A DNA stretch of 63,554 nt, filler included, from Choristocarpus tenellus KU-1152 (lineage: Eukaryota; Protista; Phaeophyceae): assembly GCA_964200185.2 (NCBI GenBank). It is 9 parts of 9 records of this genome, joined end to end, with 100 filler letters (N's around TTAATTAATTAA, not from the genome) between each part and the next. Parts side by side here need not be neighbours in the genome. Positions count along the whole stretch, not along the records: positions 39,550 to 60,494 come from CAXNAD020000367.1; positions 60,595 to 63,554 come from CAXNAD020023350.1; 7 more parts are not named here. One strand, 5' to 3'. The position numbers were made by a program, and so were the translations under genes. Within the stretch, counting starts at the first letter, position 1, and each line of letters starts with the position of its first letter. A model generated the notes under the pieces. That model did not search any database and was not told where the DNA came from. It worked only from the letters and a program-made list of their open reading frames with translations. Positions 51,827 to 63,554 of the stretch are shown piece after piece.

Positions 51827-52532
51827 TATCTGTATGCCATCTCGAGCAGCCAGCATGTGTTGGGTTTGGAGCGATACCTTTGCAAGTTTGCCTGGAACAC
51901 AGCAAATGGACATCAACCACTCGAAATCACTCCACAACTACATATGAAACTGCCTACGATATCGTATCGTATCATCATAACCGTATGATTATCATTGCGC
52001 TCTTATATACGTATAGGAAAGGTACATTTATATATACCTATTTTTTTTTGTGTCAACCAAAACCACTCATATCCCCCTTTCTCTCCATTACATCCTCCAC
52101 ATCTTCGGCAATCCTAGGAAGAACTCCAGCACTTCGATATTAAATAACCTCGAGTGATTCATAAAGGTCAGAAAGGCTCCCAACATATATTGGTCCATCG
52201 TTAGGGAGGTGGAAAGTTTGCTGACCTCACAAAATCTCCCGACAAATATTTCCTTATCTCCAACTTTGAACCCTCCATACCGAGACATCCGTTCTCACCC
52301 TTCACTTTTGAGTGAGACGGATAGATTATCAATCTATCGCTCGTAACAGGAGATACAATGTTTATTGATATTATGGCGTGATGTTGGTGAATTTCCCGAG
52401 ACAGCAATCCTGTTGCTCATGGTTGCACCTTCCCCAACTTTCCGTTGAGCTCTGCGTTTTGACTGATGCTTACACGTGGGTTTGTACACACGCTTATTTT
52501 TTCTAATGCGTGGTGTTGTGCAGGGCTCAGAA

Positions 52533-55500
52533 ATGACGGACCTTTTTGTTGACCCCACCAAGAAACGCCGCCTGGATGAGGATGGTAACGCAGCTTCGCT
52601 GGTTGACCAGACTATGGATGCCCGCAAGGAAAAGCTCGAAGCTTGGCTGAAGCCTTTGAACAGCGAGCAGTTGATCAAGCTTCTTGTAGACATGTTCGTA
52701 CCTATATTCCATTCCCCCCTTTTGTGAATTGGGGTGTTTTGCTTATGGTCAGAATAGGAGGTACCCGAGTTGTGTGTGTTCTGGAGTTCACTTTTTTACC
52801 CTGTATGTGCAAGGGCGTTTCGACTTTAGTTAGGGTGCAGGCAGATACTCTGTGCTGTTAGCACCTTGATTTTGGTCAACTTGTTGTGTTCCTCATTTGT
52901 GCTTCGTCTGTATCTTGACTGGGATTTCGGGCCCTGTGGGTGCATCTTCTCTTCGTCTCTTGTCTGTGGTGCAATGAATCTGGTGTCCGGGGTGGTCTGG
53001 ACTTCGACTGGGTGCTGCTTGGAATGCCTGACTTCATGTGCTGTCTGCCTTGTGGATACGCGCGTTTCATTGACGCAATTGCCTTGCTTGGGGTTTATCT
53101 GGCGTGCCATGCGGGTGCTTGGAATGCCATTCTTCTTCTGCATATGGTGTCTCCAGAGGGTCTGTAAACACAAGTGCATTCGACGAGATTCACCAGGCCT
53201 GCAATGATATCCCGGTAGGAGAAAAATCTAAAAACAGAAAAAAGGCAACTAATCAAAATCAATTCACAAGCCTTACTACCAGGGTCGAACATCTATGAAC
53301 AGTCGACGGTTATGCACAAACAATGGCATGCCGGAAAGCACACCGGAAAAATACACAATTTTGCCTATAAATCAAGGCTGAGAACAGGCCAAGCATAATT
53401 TGTTTACCTAAAGATAGGTGCGGTGCGGCCGTTTCATTGCGTTATTGAGTTTGCGAATAGGACGTAGCAGTTCTTGACTTCTAGATGGGGATCTTCTCAA
53501 ATCAATTTATTCCGAGTTGCCCTATTGTTTTGGGGGTCTGATCGTCCTTAGTCTTTTTTCTCAATTATTTGTCAACTCTTATATAATGAGTGAAATTCAG
53601 GACCTAGTCTTTCTGCCCCCCATCTGTTATGGTCAGGTAAATAAGAAGATTTTTGTTCGTGGTCTTGCGTGGGAGACAAACGATGCATCGCTCCGAGCTG
53701 TTTTTGAGCAGTATGGGGATATTACTGAGGTAAGGGGAAGAAGCCTCAAGAGGATAGGTGGATGTCTCACCCATGTGACTTGGTATGTGTATCTTTGTTG
53801 TTTAGCAACATAGACGTAGAATTGTTGTAGTACTATGTGGAATAGTGTGACATCTGTACATAGCATGTTGCTAGAAATAAACCTTTCATATTCTCAGTCC
53901 AATCAGGAATAACAAAACAAGGGGACCCTTTATGTGGCTCTGCAGTGTGCAATACTAGTTTAAAAAGTTCTTTCTTGGGAATCTCCTTTTTGTTTGTAAA
54001 AAATGATCTATTGGAGGAATCAAACAATGAATCAAACAAAATTCAATATTCCTTTGATGAAAAATTTGACAAAACTCCACTTGCACACACACTTGCTGTC
54101 CAGGCTACTGTTGTGATGGACAAAAACACGGGGAAATCTAAGGGTTACGGCTTCGTAACTTTCAAGAATATGGATAGCACATATGCGGCTATAGAGATCC
54201 CTGAAAAGCTTATTGATGTGAGTAGACTGAAATTGTATGCTTTGAATTGTATCACTATGTATATCTGTATGCTTTCCTGTCCTATAATGCCTTATTCAAA
54301 TGAAATGTTTCCTTGATTCAGGGACGCACAAGCTTGTGCAACCTTGCAGCGCTTCGATCCACACAGCCTCTTCCCAAGATTACTGGACCAACACCCAATG
54401 CCATTACTGGAGGAATGGGGGGCATGGGTGGTGATGATATTGCCTTGAGGAAGATCTTTATTCGGGGCCTTGCCTGGTAAGAATATTGTTGATTACTTCA
54501 AGTATATCTCAAGATAGTATTTCAAATCACGCCAAATTATTAACTTTTGGCCTTAAAGTCTAAAAAATTGGAAAACGCTAGCAATGCACAGAATTTGATG
54601 CGGAAATAGTGAACATTTGAAAGAAAAATGCTTTGCCAGATTTGTGTCAACTACAAACACCCATCTCATTTACCATACAACGTATGTCAGGGATACTAAT
54701 GTTGATACACTGAGGACTATCTTTTCCCAATTTGGAGAGCTGGATGACGCAACAGTAACAATGGACCGCCAAACGGGAAAATCAAAGGGTTACGGTTTTG
54801 TAACCTTCCGCCAAGCGACCTCTGCTGCAGCTGCTGTTGCTGAACCTGAAAAACAGATAGATGTAAGGAAAATTGTGTATGAACTAAAGTGTTGTAGTTT
54901 CCTCCCTCACATTTGTACTTCGTATTATCATTAAACCTACATTAATATTATGCGCTTCAATTCCTGCTTCAAATGTATCACGTATTTGGATGTTTTTACA
55001 ATATCATGTGTGAACACATATTTATTTACTTGTCTCTTCTCACATTCTACTGCTTGCACTTGTTTTCACTATGAAGGGTCGCCTCACACATTGCAACATA
55101 GCTGCAGATGGAGCGTCGAACCGACCCAAGCCGATGTTTGGTGGTCAACAGGGGGGAAATCAGTGGGGAATGGGTGGCTTCCAGACACCAGGCACAGTAT
55201 TTTTCTACTGTAAATGTGACAATTGTGCAATGTTGATATTCTTTGTGACATACACTGAATGCTTAAATAAATTTCAAATGTGCTTTTTTGTCGGTATGTA
55301 TTACAGGTCATGGCTCTGGACAGTGGGGTGGCCAGCAAGGCTATGGAGCTCAGTGGGGGCAGTATGGTGCTCAGGTATGAAAGGATCTTGGTTCAGTTAT
55401 TTTGATTTTGTATGTTTTCCCATATATATCATACACTGAAAACCGTTATCATAAACTCTTACTATTAACTTGATTGTGATAATTTCTCAAAAAATATATT

Positions 55501-56748
55501 TTTCTTTTGACTACTAAATGTGTGTGTATTTGCAAGAGCTGCAGGATTAAATCTGTACAGTGCTGTTTATGTTTCAAGTCTGTATGGTCCCGATGCAAGA
55601 AAAACTATGCAACAAGTAAACTCTTTCAAATTCACACAGAAATGAGGTCATATTTTGTGTTTTTTAGACAGGCAATTATGTCAATTGTATAGTTGCTCTC
55701 CTTCGTGTTTGAGTGACCAACTGAAAGCTCACCCTCTACTTTCCCTTTTCCTATGTTGCTTCATGAAGGGATACAGTCAGAGTGGCTATGGTATGAATGG
55801 TGCTCAAGGTGCATTCAATGCTGCACAGGTTAGAGACTGCATGTATGATTTTTTGTCCATCAGCAAAACTATCACCAGGCTCCATACGAAACTGAATAGT
55901 TCAATTTTTTTCTTATCTGAACATTGAGAAAATAGGATGGTCCAAATAAACTCAATTCAACGTAAGCATATTGTGCTTGATGCTTAAAATCACTATATAT
56001 TCTCTTGATTACCCTGTAAGGAAAAAAAAGTTGAAAGTTCAGTTTTATAACATTGAGTGGAATAGTTCAGAATTTTTGTAGAGATAGGAGTTGCTCAATG
56101 AAAACTTTAATATTACTTCTGAATTGATTTTGATTTTGGGGGCTGCACAGAATGCAACAATCTGTGTCACTAACTTGGTTGTGACCTGTACCTGTTCGAT
56201 CAAGGCCCTCATTAAAAATGATGACACATAACAAACATTTTAGAAAGACCATGCCAGCTTTCATACGCTTTCACCGCTTTGATGATGAGCCTTCTGTTCT
56301 CTTGTGCCGTGGATTCTCTATGGACTGGGTCACCTCAATAGCTATTGTTCTTAACCGAGACATACTCTTCATACTCTTTAAACTGTCTTACTAAATGCTC
56401 TAGGAGTTGTTTACCTGATCAACGCAGGAGTTCAAATTTACCACTCATGATTTGCAGAGGTTGATGACTTCATAAAAATTGCTATGCTACAACTAGTAGC
56501 AATTACTAGTTGTAGCAGATTTATGATTACTCTTTTGAAAAGGTTCAACCATACATGTGGAGATATTCCCTTCGTCAAGGTTACCCTTATCAATTGCACT
56601 TTTACATCCTAAAGTTCACTTTCAAGTTACCTTGTTACATTTCCACCCATTGTAGCAGGGAGGTTATGGTGGTGGCCAAGCTGGTTACGGCCAGGTTGGT
56701 GCAATGGGCACTGGCTGGCAGGCTGGCTTTGGTGGGCAGCAAGGCTAG
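52533..56748 (+). CDS. Double-RRM RNA-binding protein, UBP1-associated protein 2 (UBA2)/hnRNP-like, with a G/Q/Y-rich tail
   Basis: Exons 52533-52693, 53157-53214, 53637-53729, 54104-54217, 54322-54476, 54691-54862, 55077-55191, 55307-55374, 55769-55828 and ~56656-56748 in frame. KIFVRGLAW and KSKGYGFVTF each occur twice; N-terminal LKPLNSEQLIKLL is UBA2-like. Confidence 0.88.
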
Positions 56749-59700
56749 GAAAAATGTAAAAAGACATCACAAGAATGCCCAGGGTTGAAGGTAGAGCTGT
56801 GTAAGCGCAAGTGAACATATTATTGGTTTGTCAAAGAATGGGAAGGTAAACGAATGGCTACAACAACACTGCAGATGTTACAACATCTGAAAAATGTTGC
56901 AACTGTTTGAAGGAGAAAATGAAGGTTTTGGGGTAGCTTCTGTTTTATAGCCTGTCAAAGGGTGGCTAAAACATCTACGCGCCTGAATATAAACATAGGT
57001 GCAAGCATTTGACTTGTTGAAGTCTATAGGGCGATTTCTGCTAAAGATGGCTAATCTGGCTGATTTTACTCTGATGAGGATTGCGCCATGGTGAAATCAT
57101 AGGTATTATCATATCCTACTTGGAATTTGCCTTGATTAGGGAAATATTTAGTGTAATGTGGGAATTGCATTGATCTTCTGGGGTAAACGGTAGTTCTACT
57201 CTATTTCAACTGGTTTATTTCTCATTTTTGGTGTGCACAACGGCTTTGCAATAATCATTCGCTTTGCTAAATTTAGTTTGCTGTGGTAGAGAACTGTAGG
57301 CAAATGATCAAAATTGCAGCATGCACATGTCAAAAGGTAAGGATTCAATTTTTCATGGATTGTGAGAATTTTGAGCTTTCTCATCAGAACCTCGACACAA
57401 TTTAGCTATGATGCCAACAGTACCTGGCCTTGAATGCTTCATGTAGTCACGCAATGCATCTGCAAGGATCTTCACCACCTTTTGGTAAGTCAGGTGAAGA
57501 ATATATGTTGCAAACTTAAAGAGACTGGGAAGAATACTGAGTTAGTTAGTTCATTGAAAATTGCTGGAAAGTATGGAATATACATTCTTCACATACTCAG
57601 AATTCTGCAGACTGTTACTTTCCTCTTCTACCAAACCTACTTGTGTATAAATTTTGATGGAGTTCATTTCTACATGGCTACGATAGATCTCAGCAGGTAC
57701 CAGACCGCATCATTCTTTGTTCCAAGATAAGATGTACACACCTTAAGTGTCAATTTTCACTTAAATTCAAATGAAATCAAGTACACACTCAGGTTCAATT
57801 CACTGTTTCAAAAAGAAATTTCAACACATCTAAATACTACAATTTGAGGCTTGAAAGTATCTGGGGGGGGAGGGGGGGGAATGAGTCTTTACCAAAGTGT
57901 CCATTGGAGTCCTTGCAGGAGAAGTGGACTTACATTATCCATTGATGCATGCCACTAAATGACCAAAAATTGTGACATGGAAAGATGGTGCACAAATTGA
58001 TATATCACCCCCACCCTGTCCCCCCCCTAAGCCTGTTACAGCAAGTAGGGCACAGACCGCTGAACCTGGAAAGGAGTATGTAGACTGTATCAATTTTATG
58101 ATAAGAGAAATATTGTTAGGTGCCTATGTTGACATACAATTGCTGTTTGGTGTCAGTATTATGTGCCAGAGTGGGAGTGGAAACTGTAGAGAAAAAGTCA
58201 ACAGTTGAAGGGTGAGGAAAATAACCGGAATCCAGATTAAACTATCAAGCAACACAATCCCACCTAATAAAATTATAACTTACTCATTAGTAGATATCAG
58301 GACAAATTGTAAATGGATACAAAGGAGGGAAAAATTATAGGCCAATGGAAGAAGTTAATCAGGGAGAGTAATTTTTTTTGCGTTTTTGACAACATGCAAG
58401 GGTGTAAAAAAATGGAGACAAGCAGAGAAAACGTTGAACAAGTGAATTGAAATGAGGATAGGACAAAAAGAGTAGCTTTTGGAATGTAAAACCTGAACCC
58501 TTTTTTGAACTTCTTCTGCAGTTCCGATCTTGTAGTAAATGCAATAAATTGCAGTATATTTGTCCCTACCCGATTATGTTCAGAGGGAGCAATTGATTGT
58601 AGAAACAGGATGCTAGGGTGAGCTGGAGGAAAAGGAATAATGGGAATTGCCTTGGTTTGTCCAGTGTGGTTCACATGTTCCAGTGGGTGGAAAAGAGGAA
58701 ATAGATTTGTGTTTACATTGCTTACACTGTCAAAATAAGTGTATTTTGTACCAATAAAATTGGATGATCTCGTTTTTAAAATTGATGGGTCCTGTTAGTG
58801 GGGGTTTGGTGTTTGTGGCTTGGTGGGATCTAAGGAATGAACACCTTCCGTCTTGTGCCAGTTCAGTTATATTCATCAGAGAAATGTCGGGAAAATATTG
58901 TGTTTCTTACTCTGTTTTTGTTGAACTGTTTCAAACAATTTTTGTTTTTCCAAAGTGTTTCATTTATTATTGTGAAATCAAAAGCAGTACGTAAGTATTC
59001 TGGTTGGTTTGGGTCTGTTCTGTGTGAAAAAAGTTGATAAAACTGTTACGAAATACGCATTTTATAAAACTCGTAGTAGGTTGGTAAAGGTGAGGTTGAG
59101 ATATCCCAGAAATGGAATGTCGTTGGTGAGTAGTGACAAAAGGAACTGGTACAGAATTTTTGCAAGCACACTCTGGTTTGTTTTTCCTAGCAAGCTTGTT
59201 CAAAGTTCTTACTTTATGCTGTATCGCACACGTTTTCATGCTTTGTTGGTGTTTTGAGGCTGAGACACTATCCTCTCACTCTGTTGTTGGAGTGTGGTGC
59301 ATTGGAGTGTATTTGATGAAGAATTTTGTAGATACAAAATGTTTAGCATTTAAAAAAATTCTCAAGAGTGGAAACAATTATCTTCCGGAAGAGATTATGT
59401 TCTGGGACGCAAACACTTGTTCCAGTACATAAAAATCTCTTACGCACAATTTTTTTTTCTATATTATAGATGTGAGTTCAGAAATAGTTGGAAAGAAGCC
59501 TTGTTGAATAATGAGGTATTGTGATGATGTTTGTCTATTATATTATGTCCAATGTGAACTCTAACATGAAATATTTTCATTATGAGAGGAAGGACTAATA
59601 ATGTTTTCTGAACGGTTTCTACGTAATAAAAAACATCCATTGCACTATTGAAGAACTGGGAGAGGTCTTTTTAGTCCCTGAATGTATTTTTTTCCCGGAA

Positions 59701-59749
59701 AGATGACCTTTGTGTTGATTTGTAGAATTTACTTTTTTTGCAATAGGAA

Positions 59750-60320
59750 CACAATGTTTTCTGTTGACCATTTGGCATATTTGTGAATCACCACATACAT
59801 TCTGACACTTCCGTCAAGGCAACAACAGAGTGGGGCAGTTGCAGTAGGGTATTAACATAGTGTTGTGTATTTTGGTCTTAAAAATGTAAACGTAAATAAT
59901 TTTTACCTATTTGATATCTAGAAGAATCTTCATCTACATATATTCTGATAGAGCAATCACTCACTGTGTCAACATATTAGGGAAGGTACAGTAGGGCAAC
60001 AATGAAGTGGTCTGTATCACCCTCAAAATATATGCCAATAGTGTTTCGTTGACTGCTTGGCATCTAGAAGAATGCTCACACACACACCATTCACTGCACC
60101 AAAGTGGGGCAAGTATGGCAGGACAGTAACATGGTGTTCTTCATGGGGGGCATTTCATCCGCGATAAAGTGTCAACAATGTTTTGTTGACCATTTTGGAT
60201 CTAGAAGAATCTCCATCACATATATTACGACCGACTGGTGGCGAACTTTATTAACAGAGTAGGGTGGCAGAGTAGGAAAAAAATATAGTTTTCTGTATCA
60301 GCCTTTAAACACCAACAGAG
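59750..60320 (+). repeat. Degenerate tandem repeat of about 140 bp, about 4 units
   Basis: gttgacca/c..ttgg.atctagaagaat motif recurs near 59760, 59910, 60048 and 60185. Confidence 0.6.
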
Positions 60321-61184
60321 TGTCTGCATGTGCATGAGACACCTTTAGATTAGGTCTCATACTGACAAGGTTCGCACCAGTGATAACTATGGTATACATG
60401 AAAAAAATCCATTTCAGTTCCTGTTAAAGAAACTGGTGTTCCCAAGACTTGTGTGTGTAAATAACTCGATTATTTCCTCATTATGTAGAACAGGNNNNNN
60501 NNNNNNNNNNNNNNNNNNNNNNNNNNNNNNNNNNNNNNTTAATTAATTAANNNNNNNNNNNNNNNNNNNNNNNNNNNNNNNNNNNNNNNNNNNNCCCCCA
60601 GATAATTTGGGTCTAATGCACATTTGTCCAAACCCTCACTAAAATATGGCATGGCAGCCTTCTTGTGGCAACTTCACACTCTGCCAGGGATGACTTGGAG
60701 AGGTTGACTTAGTTATGCTGTGGTTCTTCACGGCTGACTTATACCAATGGAGCTCAATTGCACTCCTGCAAATAATATTACTTAACCAGAAATGCTCAAC
60801 AATTATTTTCTTAGTGAAGTCGATGTTAAAACCCTCTCCAGTGCATGTGTGGTTCATTTTTTGTTATATGCCATCACGACAGCAGTTGAGTGTGTCTATC
60901 ATTGTTGATACTGCTAAATTCGTGAGATTTTGACCTGGCAAAGCAAATTATATTTTTGCAGATTACATTCACAAACATCTGCATTGCCTCAGAGGCTAAG
61001 AAGACAACTTCTCAATGGCTTGTCACATCTAATGTACTCCAAAGCTTCAATTTTTCTGTGGTATAGTATCAAGAAAAAAAATGGTGGGGTGTTTCGCCTG
61101 TTTAAACTACCAACAGCTTTGTGCCTCATGTACCATGCTGTAGTCTACAGCAAGCACACCGCGATCTATTTTGTTCCTTGCCAG

Positions 61185-63197
61185 GGAGCAAAGATAATGG
61201 GCCCCAAAGCAGAATTTGGGGTGCCTCTGGATCCTTACCGTATTAACTGCGAACATCGTGGCGAGTATGGGGAATTTGCACGTGCGTATACGCCTGCTGA
61301 GGACCCATTCATAGTGGATACCAGGAAAGACAGGGAAAATGGCAAGACTGAGGTGCTGACCATCACTTGTTACGACTTTGAAAAGGTTCTCAACTGGACG
61401 AGGTAGAGTGATGCTATCAAGACTAGATATGTCTAGTTTTTAGAATACATACACTGTGCAACAAGGTACTTTTCTGGAGTCCCACCTCAATTAGATTTTT
61501 TTTTTCAGTAGCTTACTTGCAGATGGAGGGTAATCACCAATTATTATTGTGTCCAAAAAACCTTCAATATTTCTTCCATGAGAGACATTTCATAGATTGA
61601 AACGGTTGTGTGCTTCCTAGTGGACATCAGAATGTGTGGGGTAAATCTAGCTCAAGACACCTACGCTTCAGTAGGTTCATTGTATGTGTACTTTGTAGCC
61701 ATTGCTCTGTGTGCTAGGGCAGTACCCATATTCGTTCTTAAGGGTTTATCAAGATTCCTTAATATTGTGGAGAAAGAACAATCGGCAACCTTCAAATACA
61801 CAACTATTGATGGCAACAAGGTGGACATAACTAGTTCTAGATTGCCCAACAATACCCAGTGAGATGTTCCAATGTATCACTCACAATCTTTTCTTAATTG
61901 TGGGTCTCAGTTTTGGCGAGGCTCTCAAGCATGAAAGGAATCATGGCAGTGGTAACACTCCTTTTTGGAGGGAATGATTACAGGAACAGGGGTACTTTCA
62001 AGCAATTCTCTAAGTGACACAAAATAATATTGCAATCTTGTTCATCATTGGTCTGCAAGGAATGTGGAACATAGATAGGATTGACAAAATTATTCTTTGC
62101 AGCTCAAATGCATTTTTTTGGTGGTCACTGCTTTGAATTGTTCTTCTATTACCTGCCCAATGATACCTAAGTTAATGTCGACTTGACCGGCATATCTCAA
62201 CAAACTACGAAATACTTGTGCATGGAGAACAGCTCTATTGCAGATTGATTGTTTGTTGAATCCTCCATCTCATTCTTCAGCCTCTTTACATTATCACCGA
62301 GTTTCTGGGCAAAGCTCCTCATGTCTGGAAAAATACTTCTTTCTCCTCACCTGCGCCATCCTGCACTCCTCCCAAACCCATTGCTGTGACCCGTTTCAGT
62401 ACTATATTGTGTCAAACCCATTTTTAGTTTTACAACATCCTCAGGTACATAAGGCCTGAGTAAGAAGTGCCTCGTTCAATAATCTCTATTGCACTCATAT
62501 TTCACATAGTTTGAGGTATTATTCTCACTCTACCATGTTAACTGGTATCCCCCAGGGAATACTTCGCGAGCATATTAAGGAAATATGCTATTGCAAGGGA
62601 GCTACCACCAGATGACCTCAAAGTCTCTGTTCGGACTATTTTCAACAAGCCTTCACAGGCTAGAAGGAAGATGGAGATACACACTGCAGGACAATTCCTT
62701 ACTGAAAGGGTAAGTGAGGCAAGATCTAACTTTTTGTGCATCTGACTATGCACTAGTCAACAAGGATAACGGCCGAGATTGGAGGGATATATTTTTGAGG
62801 GGTGGGAAGAGTCAAATAATTTTTGAGGGCAGGAGTTTTGCCTTGTTTACCTGTTCGGGTTTGGCTTCCCAAAGTTTTTTTATGCCCTTTTTCGGTTTTT
62901 CAGTGTGAACACAGATACCTAAAATGTAAAAAACTATGAATGGTGTGTCCGGAGGAAGGATATTGACACTTACTAGCAAGCATGATAGCCAAAATTCATC
63001 AAAATTGCAACATGTTACATTGGAGTTTTGACCCTGAACGGACGCGTCCTCCCCTTTTAAATGCTTTGGCTCGGATACATGAACATGGAAGACATCACTT
63101 TGGAAGAAAGAGATTAGTGAAGTCAATTGCAAGAATTCTACATGTTTGCAGGGAGCGAAGGAGAAGTCAAGAAATTAGGCATTACGGGTCTACCTGA
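61185..63197 (+). CDS. 3' exons of an unidentified protein
   Basis: Exon 61185-61402 (GAKIMGPKAEFGVPLDPYRINCEHRGEYGEF...CYDFEKVLNWT) has clean AG/GT ends and a phase-2 match to a putative last exon 63152-63197. Confidence 0.5.
62809..63072 (+). mobile_element. MITE family B (diverged)
   Basis: Ends gagtcaaa / tttggctc; flanks ggaa / ggat. Confidence 0.8.
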
Positions 63198-63554
63198 TAT
63201 TGTTGGGCTGAGAATTGTAGATAAAGCAGGGCCATATCTAAGGAGAGCACATGTGCTCTTGTGTGGCATTTGATGCTTTTCACAAAAGAACTTTGCAAGT
63301 TCTCACAGTCAGGAGTGAACCAAGCTCTTCAATATTGCTCGCGTTGTTCAATCCACCGCCCAAGGCAAATCACCGCTAGGTTGAAGGATCTATCTCACTT
63401 GAGAAGTGGGTCAAGTTGGAGACCCAAATTTTGCATATTACAGAAACGAAATATAGGTTGGTTAGTAGGAAGATGTCTACAAAGAACTGCATACCAATAG
63501 ACTCAAAGTATCTGGGGGGGGGGGGTGGCGGCCGTCCAGTTGGGGCCTATTTTC

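Noticed and set aside
10609-60594. Eight TTAATTAATTAA palindromes between N runs
   Set aside because: Identical 100-nt artificial linkers. They are not biological, and no gene-neighbourhood inference is made across them.

Overview
Eukaryotic, intron-rich genomic DNA. It is most consistent with a flagellated photosynthetic stramenopile such as a brown alga or relative; this is inferred from DNAAF1, a signal-peptide/transit-like protein, TTAGGG repeats and the intron style. The window is not contiguous: it is nine contigs joined by artificial 100-nt N44-TTAATTAATTAA-N44 linkers (10609-10708, 17646-17745, 21105-21204, 24767-24866, 29199-29298, 35160-35259, 39450-39549, 60495-60594). Manual splicing recovers four well-supported genes in a compact cluster: DNAAF1/ODA7 (partial), TAP42/IGBP1, PP2A B55 and a UBA2-like double-RRM protein. 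It also recovers a spliced amino-methyltransferase-like gene (DPYY...NPPY motifs) with a long basic N-terminus, a divergent signal-peptide membrane protein needing a 14-nt microexon, and partial exostosin/GT47, RI-type LRR and TPR genes. An intronless 439-codon multi-TM frame is broken by three in-frame stops. Repeats include three MITE families, two with GAG..CTC ends (4-bp TSDs clear in one; Sola-like). The most unusual signals are: (1) the NPPY methyltransferase-like gene; (2) short TTAGGG arrays written into internal sites, including into MITE copies and next to splice signals; (3) an apparent excess of GC-AG donors and AAG acceptors.
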